Shown here one piece after another: positions 26,790 through 40,852 of a stretch of DNA of 64,000 bases. Positions within the stretch are counted from its first letter, which is position 1. Each line of letters starts with the position of its first letter. The stretch covers positions 28,272,001-28,336,000 of the forward strand of contig OX597823.1 in NCBI GenBank assembly GCA_951406725.2, given 5' to 3'. The notes below the pieces were generated by a model. That model was not told where the DNA came from, made no database searches, and saw only the letters and a list, made by a program, of their open reading frames with translations. This DNA is from Octopus vulgaris (taxonomy: Eukaryota). The translations under genes and the position numbers were made by a program.

Positions 26790-26992
26790 TATGATATAAG
26801 GCCAGTAATTTCTGAAAATGGAATAAGTCGATTGCATCGATCCACGGTATTCAGCTGGTACTTATTTTCTCGATCCGAAACTATGGAAGGTAAAGTTGAC
26901 GGCTGCGGAATTTGTACTTAGAACGTAATGACGGACGAAATGCCGCTAAGCTTTTTGCCCGGTATGCTAACGATTCTGCTAGTTTGTCTCCT
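26790..26992 (-). mobile_element. SINE family B
   Basis: Reverse complement of family B. Confidence 0.8.
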
Positions 26993-27252
26993 TGTTAAGA
27001 AAATATGATATTAATATTTTATAGAAAACATGATTTTATTGGCCTTACTGCTGTTCCAGCAAAGGATATAAGACTTTGCAGTGCATCGTGAGTATTGTAA
27101 AAAATAATTTGTTCCTGTGTACTGCAGTACCGCTGCAATTAATCCCTTTTCGGAACACAAAGACTATAAGTATTGAAAGATACAAAAGTAATTTATTCGC
27201 AAACACATGATAATGCTTATAAAATAGCATGAACAGGATAAACTGTCTATAT

Positions 27253-27440
27253 ATTGCAGAAAAAAAATCGTTACCGGCTAACCTAGAGGCACGAAATCTC
27301 CTTCCTGTGATTACGCGTCAATTGCTTTACCTTTTAGCTAAATTACCCAGTAGCGAATTGTTCTAAAATTGCAGAAAAAATCGTTACCGGCCAGCAATGA
27401 GACTCGAACTCACATCGCTTTGTTTACTTTCAGCGTAAGT
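27253..27440 (-). repeat. Two tandem tRNA-like units (115-bp period) ending in T-tracts
   Basis: attgcagaaaaaa..tcgttaccgg at 27253 and 27368; minus strand has A-box-like tagctaaaaggt and B-box-like gagttcgagtc. Confidence 0.5.
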
Positions 27441-28175
27441 TGAATTTAACTGTAAGTATTATTTTACGAGAGATGTGGATGGAAATACACTCTCCATCTC
27501 TTGTGAGGTGGCGTATATAGTTTACTTGAAGAAGTTAGCTGAGAATTGCTTGATTTCCCTATGATTTCCCTATAATTAACTGGCTTGAAGTACCAGGAAG
27601 TTTGAGGCTTAATGGGCGATGAGAGGAGAAAGTGAATGAACAATTGCAATGTTGCAGAGACAGTGATTCCTTGGTACTTTTTACCTGAATATTCAGGTAA
27701 AAAATAAAATGCGAGATGAGTTATGAGTTAGAATGTCTATAAAGAAGACTTGTGTAGAGCCAACTTGTAGATGTGGACAGTTTCGAAAACCAGACAATTA
27801 CGTCTGAGAGTAACGTGATGTTAGGAAGCTGAGGGATAAGGTGAAAGAGAGGAAATAGATAGATAGACAGATAGATAGCTAGATAGAGAGAGAGAGAGCA
27901 GTGTATAATAGAATAAAAGTGCAAAGTAAAGGGAGAAAGAGACAACAAATGGAATAGAGACAAAATGCTAATGAGATTGACAGATTTATATATATATAGA
28001 AAAGTTATATATATATATATATATATATAAAGAGAGAGAGAGAGAGAGAGTGACAGAGAGAAAGAGGAGAGAGAGAGAGAGAGAAGGAAGTGTATAGAAG
28101 ATAAGAAGTGCAAAGTAAAGGGGAGAGACAACAGAGTGAATAAATCTAGACAAAATGTTAATCATATATATATAT

Positions 28176-28220
<45 letters not shown>

Positions 28221-31200
28221 TAGAGAGAGAGAGATAGATAGAGAGAGAGAGATAGAGAGAGATATAGAGAGGGAGATTAGTATGTTTCGAGACATACGAT
28301 AATAAGTAGTTGATGATTATCAGATTTAAAGTGTTTACTATTGTGGTGAAGTTTCCAATAGTCTTTGAAAGTTTAAAAAGAAATGAATTGAAGAGTAGAA
28401 ATGAACTCCTGTTGAGTGAATAGCTCTATATTATCGCCATTACAAACACTCTGACTTGGCTCGATATAAGAAATCGTTATATCAGCAAGTTTTACAATGG
28501 AAGAGAAGAATATAATTTCAAACATCTGCTTAGAGATACTGTAAATTAGAACGGTTCCATCGATGTCTGCCGATGTGTATTGAAAATTTTTTGTCTGCCA
28601 AGTTATCAGAGGCTAAGTTTAGAAGCGTTTGTGTATTTTAAATGAATCTAGTATCATCGATTAAAATTGATTAGGAATCTGCAAGTTGCTTCACTAAAAT
28701 AATTAAGATTCATTCAAAAGATGGGAATTAAACATGAGTTCTTAATTAGAACCAAATCGTTTTCCTTTTTTCTTTCTACGCAGCAAATTTTTGACGCCAA
28801 CGTTAATTCAAAATTGACATAATAAAGATCAAAGGATTGAAATATATAAGCTTTCCTTCACAAAAGCAAGTCTATTATTTCAAAATAAATACATCTGAAA
28901 TTCTTAGATAATTATCTTTTATACAAAATATTTCATTATTCTTGCAGTATATTAAATCTTTGTATAAGTATATAAGTTCACAATGTATCATAATGTTAAT
29001 ATCTAAAAGCGAATATATGTATGTTAGAATATGTAGGTTGCTCTCACGTAAATAAAATTTTGTACAGTACACCTCGCCTTTTCCACGACAGGTTTGTATG
29101 TCATATGTTGTGTTTTGAAATTCGGTTTTTATAGATGCTGATGTAAAATCTCAGAATACTGCATCCCACCAATTAAACTTAAGCTTTGCAACAGATACTT
29201 TAAAACGTTTCCTTTTTAGAAAATCAATACATTTAGAATAATTATGTAAATTTGTATAGTATTTTGAGAATTTTTAGAAAATACTAATAATTGTAAAAGA
29301 AATATTCCATTGTGGGCTATATATTTTGTTTCCCTCAAGTAGGCCATGATTGAAAGATCAATTATGAAACTATTTGACCATAAAATATTATTTTAAGGAA
29401 CAATGCATCTCATTACGTATATAATGTATCCTTTAAAAGATGGCATGTGTAGTTTGGAGGATTGGCTTCCTCACAAATTTCTCTAGCCGTGATATATTAT
29501 TAATTGTACTGTTACCGATGTATTACTTGTATTTATTTATTGCCAGCTAGAAGAAAAATACTACAGCGCAATTCCCGAGAAGAGATTAATTATAGTAATT
29601 TAAACCATTGTTCACTTGTCCCAGTTGCCTACGCAGCGCTCCTTCAGTAATATAGCTACAGTGTGACCAGGCACATCGGTGCTGTGTTTTTTAGCAGGTG
29701 TTTTGTAAAGGTTATTCCAAACGTAAATGAAACGACTTTCAGTCAAGTGACAATTGAAACCGTATTGACTATACAATATCGTAAACTCTGCTAAATGTTT
29801 TTCACTGTTATAAATTGATTATTAATGACATTCATACAGGAATTACCTGATTATTCCAGTCTACTGCAATCGATTGATATGTCTACAGCATTTCAAGCAT
29901 TTAATTTCTCATGACTTCAAACAACAAGGAAACGTTTAGTAAAATTATTTCTGAGAAAAAACTGTTGGTTTTTGATTCTGGAATGCTTAATATAAAATCA
30001 AGTTCCGTACAGTAAAAGAAACATTTCTACCATCTTCAAAATTCAGCCATTTCTACAAGATTTTTAACAGTTCTTCATTTATTATTTCTTTTGTTATTGT
30101 TGTCGTCGGTGGTGGTGCTGGTGGTGGTGATGATGGTGTTATCAATCCTTCTCAAGTAGACACAGACCTACGGTCAATGGCAAGGCCATCTCGAACTAAT
30201 TGACCGGTATCTTCAAATTCGAGATATGACTGCAGAGACATTTGGTGCTTATCTTTAGTAAATCGTACGACCGTGTAACGGGTTTGTTTTTGGTTCGTTT
30301 TGGTGTCTTTTGTGTGTATATTTTATATTTTGTAACTCACGTATGTTTGTTAATGATTCTATAATTGAATGGTATGGACATTCCAAACCTCAAGGCTTGG
30401 TACTTCTTTTGTCCGCCTAACTGAAGGCAGTCTCACATGTAATATCTGACTGCTTTGTTTTTATTGATCCGCTCAAGAGCGCACTGGATTTTTACGTGGC
30501 TGAATCAGTAACAGCACCTCAGAAAATAACTTGGAGCATTTAGTTATGTCCCTTCACTTTCTGAGTTCAAACTCCGCTTTAGTTGCAATTGCGTGTTTTA
30601 TCCTTCCCGAGTCGAATGAATATGTACACTCCTGTACTGATAACAGTTGTAATCTGGGATCGATATTTTCTCATTTATTGAGAATTTTTGTCAAATTGTA
30701 AAATCCCTGGTGGGTGGTGTCGTTGATAGCTATTACTTAAACAGTGGGCCCTGTCCCTCTGTATTCATGTAGATTTCTGAATTACCATGCTTATATTCTG
30801 ATCTGTTATTTGGTTTCCAGACACCCACAACCGGGGAGAGAAAGTACTTCAGTTTTCGGTTATATCTTCAATGAATATGATCTCATATGTAGTGTGTCTG
30901 CATTTGCTGTTGTTTTATAGCAAACGGATTCGCTAAATATAACAAAAACATAAAAAGAGGAAACATTCTTTCATGTAAACACATTAAAACAGGTGAAGTG
31001 TTTCGCAACAATTCACGGCCTTTAAAGGATCCAATATATAATATGGCTGCTTAAGTAAAGTCAGTTGTTGATAATGCAAAATCGCTCCGCCACATACATA
31101 TCAACGTTGTTTCCTTTTTCATCACGTTTATGCATATACCTACGCATTCGTAGAAACATATTCACGCCTACAGAAAAGCAAAACTTAGAATAAACATGCT

Positions 31201-31673
31201 ATAAACCAAAATATATACCAGCTGCACAAATATTTAAATATCACGAGAGGTATGAAATGAAGAGGAGAGACAAAGATAGTGAGTGAGGGACAAAGTAGGA
31301 AAAAGAGAGGGAATGAGAGGAGTGTAAACGAAAGAACATAAGGGAATAACGATAAAGAACTGGGGTAGATTCGATTAAGCTAGTATTTTATTGATTAAAG
31401 CTGACGACAAATATTTATTATTGGATTTTTCATTGCTCTGCAACTTTCAGCGAAATGAAATAGGTGCTGAGAGCTATTGGCCTGCATTATAATAGAATTA
31501 ACTATTGCTGAAGGGTAAGGAATATTCTGCAACAAAATTAACGATGAGGAAAGAGCAGTGTAATTGAAACGTATCAGTTTACTATGAAAAATGGCGAGTT
31601 ACTGTTGAGATTTCAGCAAGCATGCGCTAAGATACAATTTCAAATCTTTGATATGCAAATTCAAGAATTATTG

Positions 31674-31710
31674 TTCGAACCTGGGATCTCATTCCTAAGG
31701 TATTTTTCGA

Positions 31711-31750
<40 letters not shown>

Positions 31751-31897
31751 ACATGGAAAAATACCTTAGAAATGAGAACCCACGTTCGAAATTTTCCCCA
31801 AGACACCCGATGAAGGCGGGAGGGTATATCAGCCGAAACGTTGTGTTAACAACAAAGAAGATCAGGAGAAATATCTGTCACATGTAAATAATGTAAA
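31674..31897 (+). mobile_element. Penelope-like derivative: about 40-bp inverted repeat around (TTA)n plus hammerhead-like motif
   Basis: ttcgaacctgggatctcattcctaaggtatttttcgatgtta / taacatggaaaaataccttagaaatgagaacccacgttcgaa; then acac-CCGATGAA-ggc...gcc-GAAACGTT-gtgt at 31803-31846. Confidence 0.6.
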
Positions 31898-32157
31898 GAA
31901 ACTGTATATCATATCATTTTATTGTTTTACGTTGAAATCCCGAAGAAATTGATCTTATTTCAAATTTAACAGATATTTTGTGAGAAAAACTCTTAAAAAC
32001 GGCATGACTTTGTAGTTAAGAAGTTCGCTTCGCAATCACATGGTCTCAGGTTCGGCTCTACTGTGCAGCAACTTGGGTAGGTGCCTGCTACTAAAACCCC
32101 AGGCGACCAATGTCTTGTGAACCTGGTTGATGGAGACATGTGTGTGTGGATGCGTAT

Positions 32158-32245
<88 letters not shown>

Positions 32246-32246
<1 letters not shown>

Positions 32247-32428
32247 TATAGATTAGTGGTACAAGGCACAAATATTTACTGGAAATAGCAGTTAATACAT
32301 TTTTTATGTTTCTTGCAGTCACACGTATTTGCCAGTATATACGCAGTGAAGCTTTACTATTGCTTCGTAATTTTATCGACTGCTATTTCCAGTAAATATC
32401 GGTATCTTGTAGTACCACTAATCTATAT
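32246..32428. mobile_element. MITE-like fold-back with about 50-bp terminal inverted repeats, next to (TA)n
   Basis: atatagattagtggtac...atatttactggaaatagcagt / actgctatttccagtaaatat...gtaccactaatctatat. Confidence 0.7.
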
Positions 32429-32657
32429 TTATATTTATATTCATACTTCTACCTTTACGGTGCTATACTTTACTGGAAAGTAATACATTTATATTGCAAA
32501 TTTATATATATATATATATATATATTATATTAAATTAGAGATAAAACCACTATTAGGCAAATCATACAATGAAAAACTTAAGTCAATACATAAGATTAAT
32601 TAATTTATATTATTTTAAATATATATCAAAATTATTAAAAAAAGATAATTAGTATAA

Positions 32658-32720
32658 CACTACGATCGTTTCATGGCTGTCGAATTCTTAAAATTTCGAG
32701 TTTCAGTCATTCTTCAGGTG
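32658..32720 (-). ncRNA. Minimal type I hammerhead ribozyme-like motif within a TA-embedded element (about 32525-32870)
   Basis: cac-CTGAAGA-atgactg...cagccat-GAAA-C-gatc-GTA-gtg; core intact, palindromic stem III loop. Confidence 0.7.
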
Positions 32721-32866
32721 ATTTAAATATCTAAAATATAAACAGAAATATTTAAACAATATTTTAAAGATATAAATGATATATATAATATAATAATTTT
32801 ATTTATAATAAACTCTATTATCAAATTAGAGACATAGAACTTAACAATGATGATTATATCCAAATT

Positions 32867-32916
<50 letters not shown>

Positions 32917-32917
32917 A

Positions 32918-32966
<49 letters not shown>

Positions 32967-32967
<1 letters not shown>

Positions 32968-33036
32968 TACTTGGACATGGATAGATCGCGTTCAATGAAT
33001 AATGAACAATATAATATAATATAACATTATATAATA

Positions 33037-33081
<45 letters not shown>

Positions 33082-33089
33082 TATATGTT

Positions 33090-33132
<43 letters not shown>

Positions 33133-33244
33133 TACTTGGAAATGGATAGGTCGCGTTCAATGAATATTGAATAATATAATATAATATGATACAGTATATA
33201 TATATATATATATATATACTATATGTTATATGTTTTATTATATG

Positions 33245-33245
<1 letters not shown>
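32967..33245. repeat. Tandem duplication, period about 165 bp
   Basis: gtacttgga.atggatag.tcgcgttcaatgaata at 32967 and 33132. Confidence 0.85.
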
Positions 33246-33280
<35 letters not shown>

Positions 33281-33286
33281 GCATAC

Positions 33287-33576
33287 ATGGGTACAGGACG
33301 TCACTGGCAGTGCAAATAACAGGAAATACGTAAACAGACGAGGGAAACACGAGTGAAATACGTGAACAAAGAGTAAAAATGGAAAACAGGACAGGTAAAC
33401 ACAGAGAATGCTCGAAACAAAAAGTAGATAAACAGCCGACAACTGATGAAGGGTCTTTTCGCTGTTTTTTACTTGTCCTGTTTTCTATCTTTTCACGTTG
33501 TTCACGTATTTCACTCGTTTTTCCCTCGTTTGCTTACGTATTTCATGTTATTTGCACAGCTGGAAACGTCCCGTAT

Positions 33577-33580
<4 letters not shown>
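33287..33580 (+). mobile_element. Fold-back element (atgggtacaggac family) with arms over 110 bp and a permuted hammerhead-like core
   Basis: Arms are imperfect reverse complements; loop ctc-GAAAC-aaaaa-GTA-gataaacagccgacaa-CTGATGA-aggg at 33411-33453. Confidence 0.75.
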
Positions 33581-33627
<47 letters not shown>

Positions 33628-33630
<3 letters not shown>

Positions 33631-34227
33631 CAATAAGGGCTTAGCAACAAGTTGCTTGACCTCATACCGAACACTTTAGAAATAACAGCCGAAAGGCTAC
33701 TATTTCCTTTTTCTACAAAAATATGTCTCCACAGACAACAATATTTGTAACTCACACATGGCAAAAAAGAAGAAAAATAATGAAATCAAACAGTCTTCGA
33801 TTAATTATGGATACATTTCTGGATTATAATCATAAGACTCATTTCCTTTGTCAACATAATATTTCGATATTTTTTAATCTGAAAATGCTAGGAGAACTTA
33901 TCCCTTATATTTTGTGACCAAGCGTCACCAGAACATATAAATGCTAATCAGCATATTCACATTTATATAGACGAGTGAGTTCATATTTCCCTCCAATTTT
34001 CTACCATGTGCGTCACATAATAGTATTGCCGAAAAAAGGTTCCTAGTTATGTCGTCGGGGAGTAAAATAATAGTTACAGATATAGGGTGAAAAATTACTA
34101 ATTTGATAAAATCAACAAATTTCACCTAGTAGTTTTTCTGTATGGGAAAGGACCATATTCGGTAAAAACTTATACAAAATGTTTTTTTTATATATAATTA
34201 TAACAATAAGGGTTTAGCAACAAGTTG
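33628..34227. mobile_element. TA-embedded element with 27-bp direct terminal repeats
   Basis: taacaataaggg(c/t)ttagcaacaagttg at 33628 and 34201. Confidence 0.55.
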
Positions 34228-34399
34228 TTTAATATATGTATGTATATATATATATATATATATATATAAACTTAGATAAACTTAGATATGTTTCGACCAA
34301 AGATTGGTCCAGGCCATGTCTAACTTAATAGCACCACCTGATAGGATTATTCGAATCCTGTTTAAGTCAAGTTTTGTTTAAGATATATATATATATATA

Positions 34400-34447
<48 letters not shown>

Positions 34448-35562
34448 GTGTGTGTTTGCGTTGTCATTGTATTTGCCCTGTTTGTTTTTTACTTGTCCGT
34501 AACTCATCATTTCCGCAAATGGAACAGAAGTATATGTACGAGACTTAAACTAAGCTCTGGAGTGTTCGAGTAACCATTGAAAGCAGTGTTCCAGCATGGC
34601 CACAGCCGAATGACAGATACAATTAGAAAATAATGAAATAATAAACACAGCTTTTCCACATTTGGGAACGTGTTATTTCTGCCTATATCGATGTCTGTAG
34701 AATGTGATATTGTATTATACCTCAACTTTATACAATTTACAAACAGGATAGAATAGTAATGGGATTACTAATTACAAACACAATTTCTTTTTTTATATAT
34801 CCTTCTTTTCGACACATTCCTTAACAATCACAAAATCTTTCATTCAATAGTTCAGTGAGTATAGCTCTTAAGTTGTTCATCAAACTCATTTCTTCATAAC
34901 ATTACTTGTTCTTGTTAAGTCAATTGTTATATTTATTTCGCCGTTCACATCATAGAAAACTACGTGCCTTCTGAGCGTTGAAATTCTATAGGACCTTTGG
35001 ATTGTCATATTTTAAGCTTTCAAGTACGAAATTCCGGTGAGTAGCATAGAACACTTTTCTTTGGAGAGTTTAAACGGAGTTGCTAGGTGTTTGTCGAATA
35101 GATTTGCTTCATTGTATCCAAACCATATTTGACAGTTATAATTGAATATCTACATATGATAATAAGATGTGTTATTTTACTATTCAGAAAGTATCTTACT
35201 AAGTTTGTCAACTAGTTTACTGAAGTTACAAAGGAGACGACGTGTCAGAGACTCCACCTCGTTGGACAAAATGTTTTGCAGCACTTTTTCCGGTTTTTAA
35301 TATGTTACCAAGATCCAATTTACCTTTCATCCTTTCAGAAGTGATAAAATAAGTACCAGCTGTGCATTGGGGTCGATGAAATTAACTTCACGCCTTCTCG
35401 AAATGACAGGACTTGGGCCAAAATTAGAGAGATATTACCGAAAATTTAGATACATCTTAATGTTTGTAATGAGGACGTCCACCCTCTACATGGTAAATTT
35501 CACTTTTGTTGCCTAGTTTAGAATGTACATGCTTATCAAGGCACAGAGTTACATTATATCTA

Positions 35563-35796
35563 CAGTAATATCTCGCCATATCACGGTTCACCTACTGCGG
35601 TTCACATATCGCGGTTTATTATTTAAGCTTACGTCGATTCCTCCGTGGTATTGTTTTACATTTATAATAAAATAAATATATACAAATTATATAAATAAAA
35701 AGAAACATACAGTACAGTACTATTTCTGCTTTGCGGATTTTCACCTATCGCGGGAGGTTTTGGACCGTAACACCTGCGATAATCGATGGATTACTA
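35563..35796. mobile_element. pogo/Tigger-like MITE
   Basis: TA|cagtaat...attacta|TA ends; inverted copy at 41886, fragment at about 45110-45203. Confidence 0.75.
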
Positions 35797-36019
35797 TATA
35801 TAATTATACGTGGGTATTCACTTACCGCAAGGGTTCGGCAACTTTATGGCTGTCGCTGCTGTTTCGGCCTGGGTTAGCTTTAATCATGCAAACTCTATGA
35901 TCACAGGCAACCCAACCATAGCCACCTCGATTTTTGTTTATCTTGGGCAGCATTGTTCAATGTGACACTAATCTTTTAATGCAGTAATCTCTGATATGAG
36001 GGTATATAGATATTATACA

Positions 36020-36180
36020 AGCACAGATTCAGCGGCTGGAAGACCACAGAAGACGTTTATACAACACCTTGCAGAAGATGTTGGATGCCAAGCTGAAGAT
36101 CTAAAAACACTAATGGAAGAACGTGAGGGATAGAGAGAAGTAGTCAAGCTGGCTCGGGCAATCAGCCTGATTGGATGACA
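36020..36180 (+). mobile_element. RTE-clade LINE extreme 3' fragment
   Basis: GRPQKTFIQHLAEDVGCQAEDLKTLMEEREG*REVV, typical RTE C-terminus. Confidence 0.7.
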
Positions 36181-36479
36181 CCTCAATCAAAAGAAAAAAA
36201 TGGATATTATTGCTTGATGCAGTATCTTATCATGGCTGAAATTCCCTCCTTCACCGAATCTGGGTTCAAGGATAGTATTAATCCTTTGAGTAGGGTTACC
36301 TATTTGCCAGCTTGTATTTTTTATCATTCACGTCACACCTATTACTTTAGGGAGATTGTTTCTGGTTTCAACCCCACCCAACCCACCTTCCATCTATCTC
36401 TAATTGACGATCATTACATTTGGATAATTTCTCCATTTCTTTAAGAAACGTATTATTATGTATTAGGATTGAGGCTTCG

Positions 36480-36840
36480 ACATACAGGTGCGTCTCTTCA
36501 TGAGCACCCGGTGAAATGACTTGCGGTATTTATCAAGTCACTTCAGGGACTGGGTTCAAATACCACCGCGGTCAGATCTGCCTTTCATCCCTCGTGGATC
36601 GATAAAATAAAACACTCATTTAGTATCGATTAACCTCTTCACTCAAAACTGATGGCATTGTTATAAAATTTGAGACCATTATAGCAGAATCGTTAGCGCA
36701 TTGGACAAAATACTTAACGGAATTTTGTCCGACGTTACGTTCTGAGTTCAAATCCTGCAAAGGTCGACGTTGCTTTTCATCTTTTGGCTAGTTCTCTTCC
36801 CCCTAAATTCCAGGCATTGAGCCAATAGTTGATCGGATCA
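36480..36840 (+). mobile_element. Two degraded SINE family B copies
   Basis: gggttcaaat...gcctttcatcc and gcagaatcgttagc...ttctgagttcaaat. Confidence 0.7.
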
Positions 36841-37449
36841 TGATCGTGATCATGATCATGATCATTATTTTTTTTTTGTTTTTCAACGACCGCGAACTTG
36901 TAGACTCGTTCTCATATCGTACAAAATATTTCGTGCTAGGATCGATTTTATCGAACACTCGTACCTCTAGAAGACTGCTGGCTCTGTACCAAAATCTGAA
37001 ACAGTCATTATTACCATAAATATATTACGTCTTAACTTAATTAACATGTATGTTATATTGATGTCTGGTGACAAGAAATCTCTTCAAATCTCTAGAGTGT
37101 TTCTGCAGAATAGAGGGCGTCACATAAGTAGCAGTTGAGAAGCGTCCTATTTGCGCCAATTTCCAAAGAATCAATTGCCATATTTGTCTTCCTTAAGCTC
37201 TTCCTCTCTCTTTCTCTGGTTGTGTCCTAATAGCTCTCATTTTCCTCACTGCCTTCGCTATCCATTCATCTATCAACGAAATGTCTATGATTTTACAGAC
37301 TACAATTATATCTGGTCTTCTGGTTTCAGTAGCCTTATCAGTCTCTATGTCCGAGTCGTAAAATCCCGTAAATATTAAGTTCCGTCACGGCCTGTTTAAA
37401 TCTCACCGTGTTCGTTAATATAATTAACTACCTGGTATAAATTCCTTTC

Positions 37450-37655
37450 TATTAAAGCACAATGACTGACATTTTACGGGCGGGGGCTAGTCGGTTGCAT
37501 TAACCCCAAAGTTCAGCTGGTTCTTATTTTATCAACCCCGAAAGGATGTAAGGCAAAATCGACTTCGGCGGAATTTGAACTCGGAACGCAAGAAAGGACG
37601 AAATACCGCTAAGAATTTAACCCGGCGTGCTAACGGTTCTGCCAGTTCGCCTCCT
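37450..37655 (-). mobile_element. SINE family B
   Basis: Reverse complement of family B. Confidence 0.85.
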
Positions 37656-37785
37656 TTCCGTTTGATGTATTTTGTGACTGGATTTAATAACGTATATCTC
37701 ATGACTGTGAGAGACATGCATCAGTGCAAGAGAACAGACCTTTAATATAATTATTATAAACATCGTACAGTATACAGGGCATTTA

Positions 37786-39359
<1,574 letters not shown>

Positions 39360-39478
39360 GCTTACAGCCATATCGCGTTGAATGCACCGGTTCTCGCTCG
39401 ATCACCGAAGTTAAGCAACGTCAAGCCTAGCAAGTACTTAGATGGGTGACCGCTTGGGAAACCCAGGCGTTGTAAGCA
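39360..39478 (+). rRNA. 5S: Full-length 5S rRNA-derived copy (probable pseudogene or SINE head)
   Basis: gcttacagccatatcgcgttgaatgcaccggttctcgctcgatcaccgaagttaagcaacg...agtacttagatgggtgaccgcttgggaa...gttgtaagc; 119 nt; helix I pairs; box A and box C recognisable; no downstream T-run terminator. Confidence 0.9.
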
Positions 39479-39492
39479 TCTCAAGCACAATG

Positions 39493-39717
39493 AGGCGGCA
39501 AGCCGGCAGAATCTTTAGCACGCCGGACGAAATGCTTTGCGGCACTTCACCGGTCTGCACATTCTGAGTTCAAATTCCGCCAATGTCGACTTTGCCTTTC
39601 ATCCTTTCGCGTTCGGTAAATGAAGTACTAGTGAAACACTGGAGTCGATGTATTCGACAAGTCCCCTCCCTTAAAACTTCAAGCCTTGTGCCTTTACTAT
39701 AGAAAGGATTATTATTA

Positions 39718-39792
<75 letters not shown>
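39493..39792 (+). mobile_element. SINE family B with (TTA)n tail, about 14 bp after the 5S copy
   Basis: Family B head and Deu/Nin-like domain. Confidence 0.9.
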
Positions 39793-39794
<2 letters not shown>

Positions 39795-40513
39795 TATATT
39801 TGCTAGCTATATTATATTCACTCCTCTCGAACCGTGTTAACCACCTGGCTCATTCACTTCTCCTCAGGAATAAGCTCTATGTCCATACATCTTATACGAT
39901 AAACAACTAAAAGTATCTTAGGATTTACATCGACCCCCATCGACCTCACCGGTCTGAGAAGCTTTAGAAAACTCTTTTGGCCAAATCCAAATCATTAAAA
40001 TGAAATAAATAAATAAATGAATAAAGTAAATAATAAATAAAGCTATTAAATCCCATGTTTTAAGTCTTATTTTTTTAAATTGCGATGCTTATTTTTAAAT
40101 ATGGCTGAAATGTTAGCTAATGATTGCTTAAAAATCGTCTACAGCATTCATTCAACTTAAACGACATCTCAATATTACTTAAAGACGATTTAAAAATACA
40201 CTCACTCAAACATTTATTAAAACAACAAACCTCAGCTAGGAAAGAAAATAAATCGATTTAGACATTGGTAATACGGCCTAGGGAAGAAAAAAAAAACGAA
40301 AATTTCAAAATAAATTTAAGACGGACAGACTGATTTGTGCGATTTATCAATAAGCAGTGTTGAGAGGGACTACTTAGTTTATTAATACGAAGTTCGAAGA
40401 AGTGGAATTGGTGAAAATGAGACTCATCAATTTTCGTAATGAGGGTAAATTTCCTCTTCAATATGACACATAATTAGCGTCATTTGCCAATATCGGATTT
40501 TTTAAAATACAAA

Positions 40514-40536
40514 ATCATCATCATCATCATCACCAT

Positions 40537-40583
<47 letters not shown>

Positions 40584-40725
40584 GCATCATCATCATCATC
40601 CTAACTTCCACTTCTCACCACCTCTCACCATCACTACCACCACAACTGCTATAATAACCAACACCACCACAACTAACACAACCACCACTACCACCTCTAT
40701 CACCACCACCACCACCACCACCACC

Positions 40726-40774
<49 letters not shown>

Positions 40775-40852
40775 CCATCATCATCATCATCATCATCATA
40801 GCCACCATCTCTCACCACCACCACCACCGTCGTCTTAGTCGTCGTCATCGTC
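40514..40852. repeat. Compound (CAT)/(CAC)/(CAA) microsatellite
   Basis: Directly visible. Confidence 0.95.

Noticed and set aside
39799-39830. Possible resumption of the Dong ORF (IASK+AGGRGL) beyond the 5S-SINE block
   Set aside because: Only about four codons; could be chance
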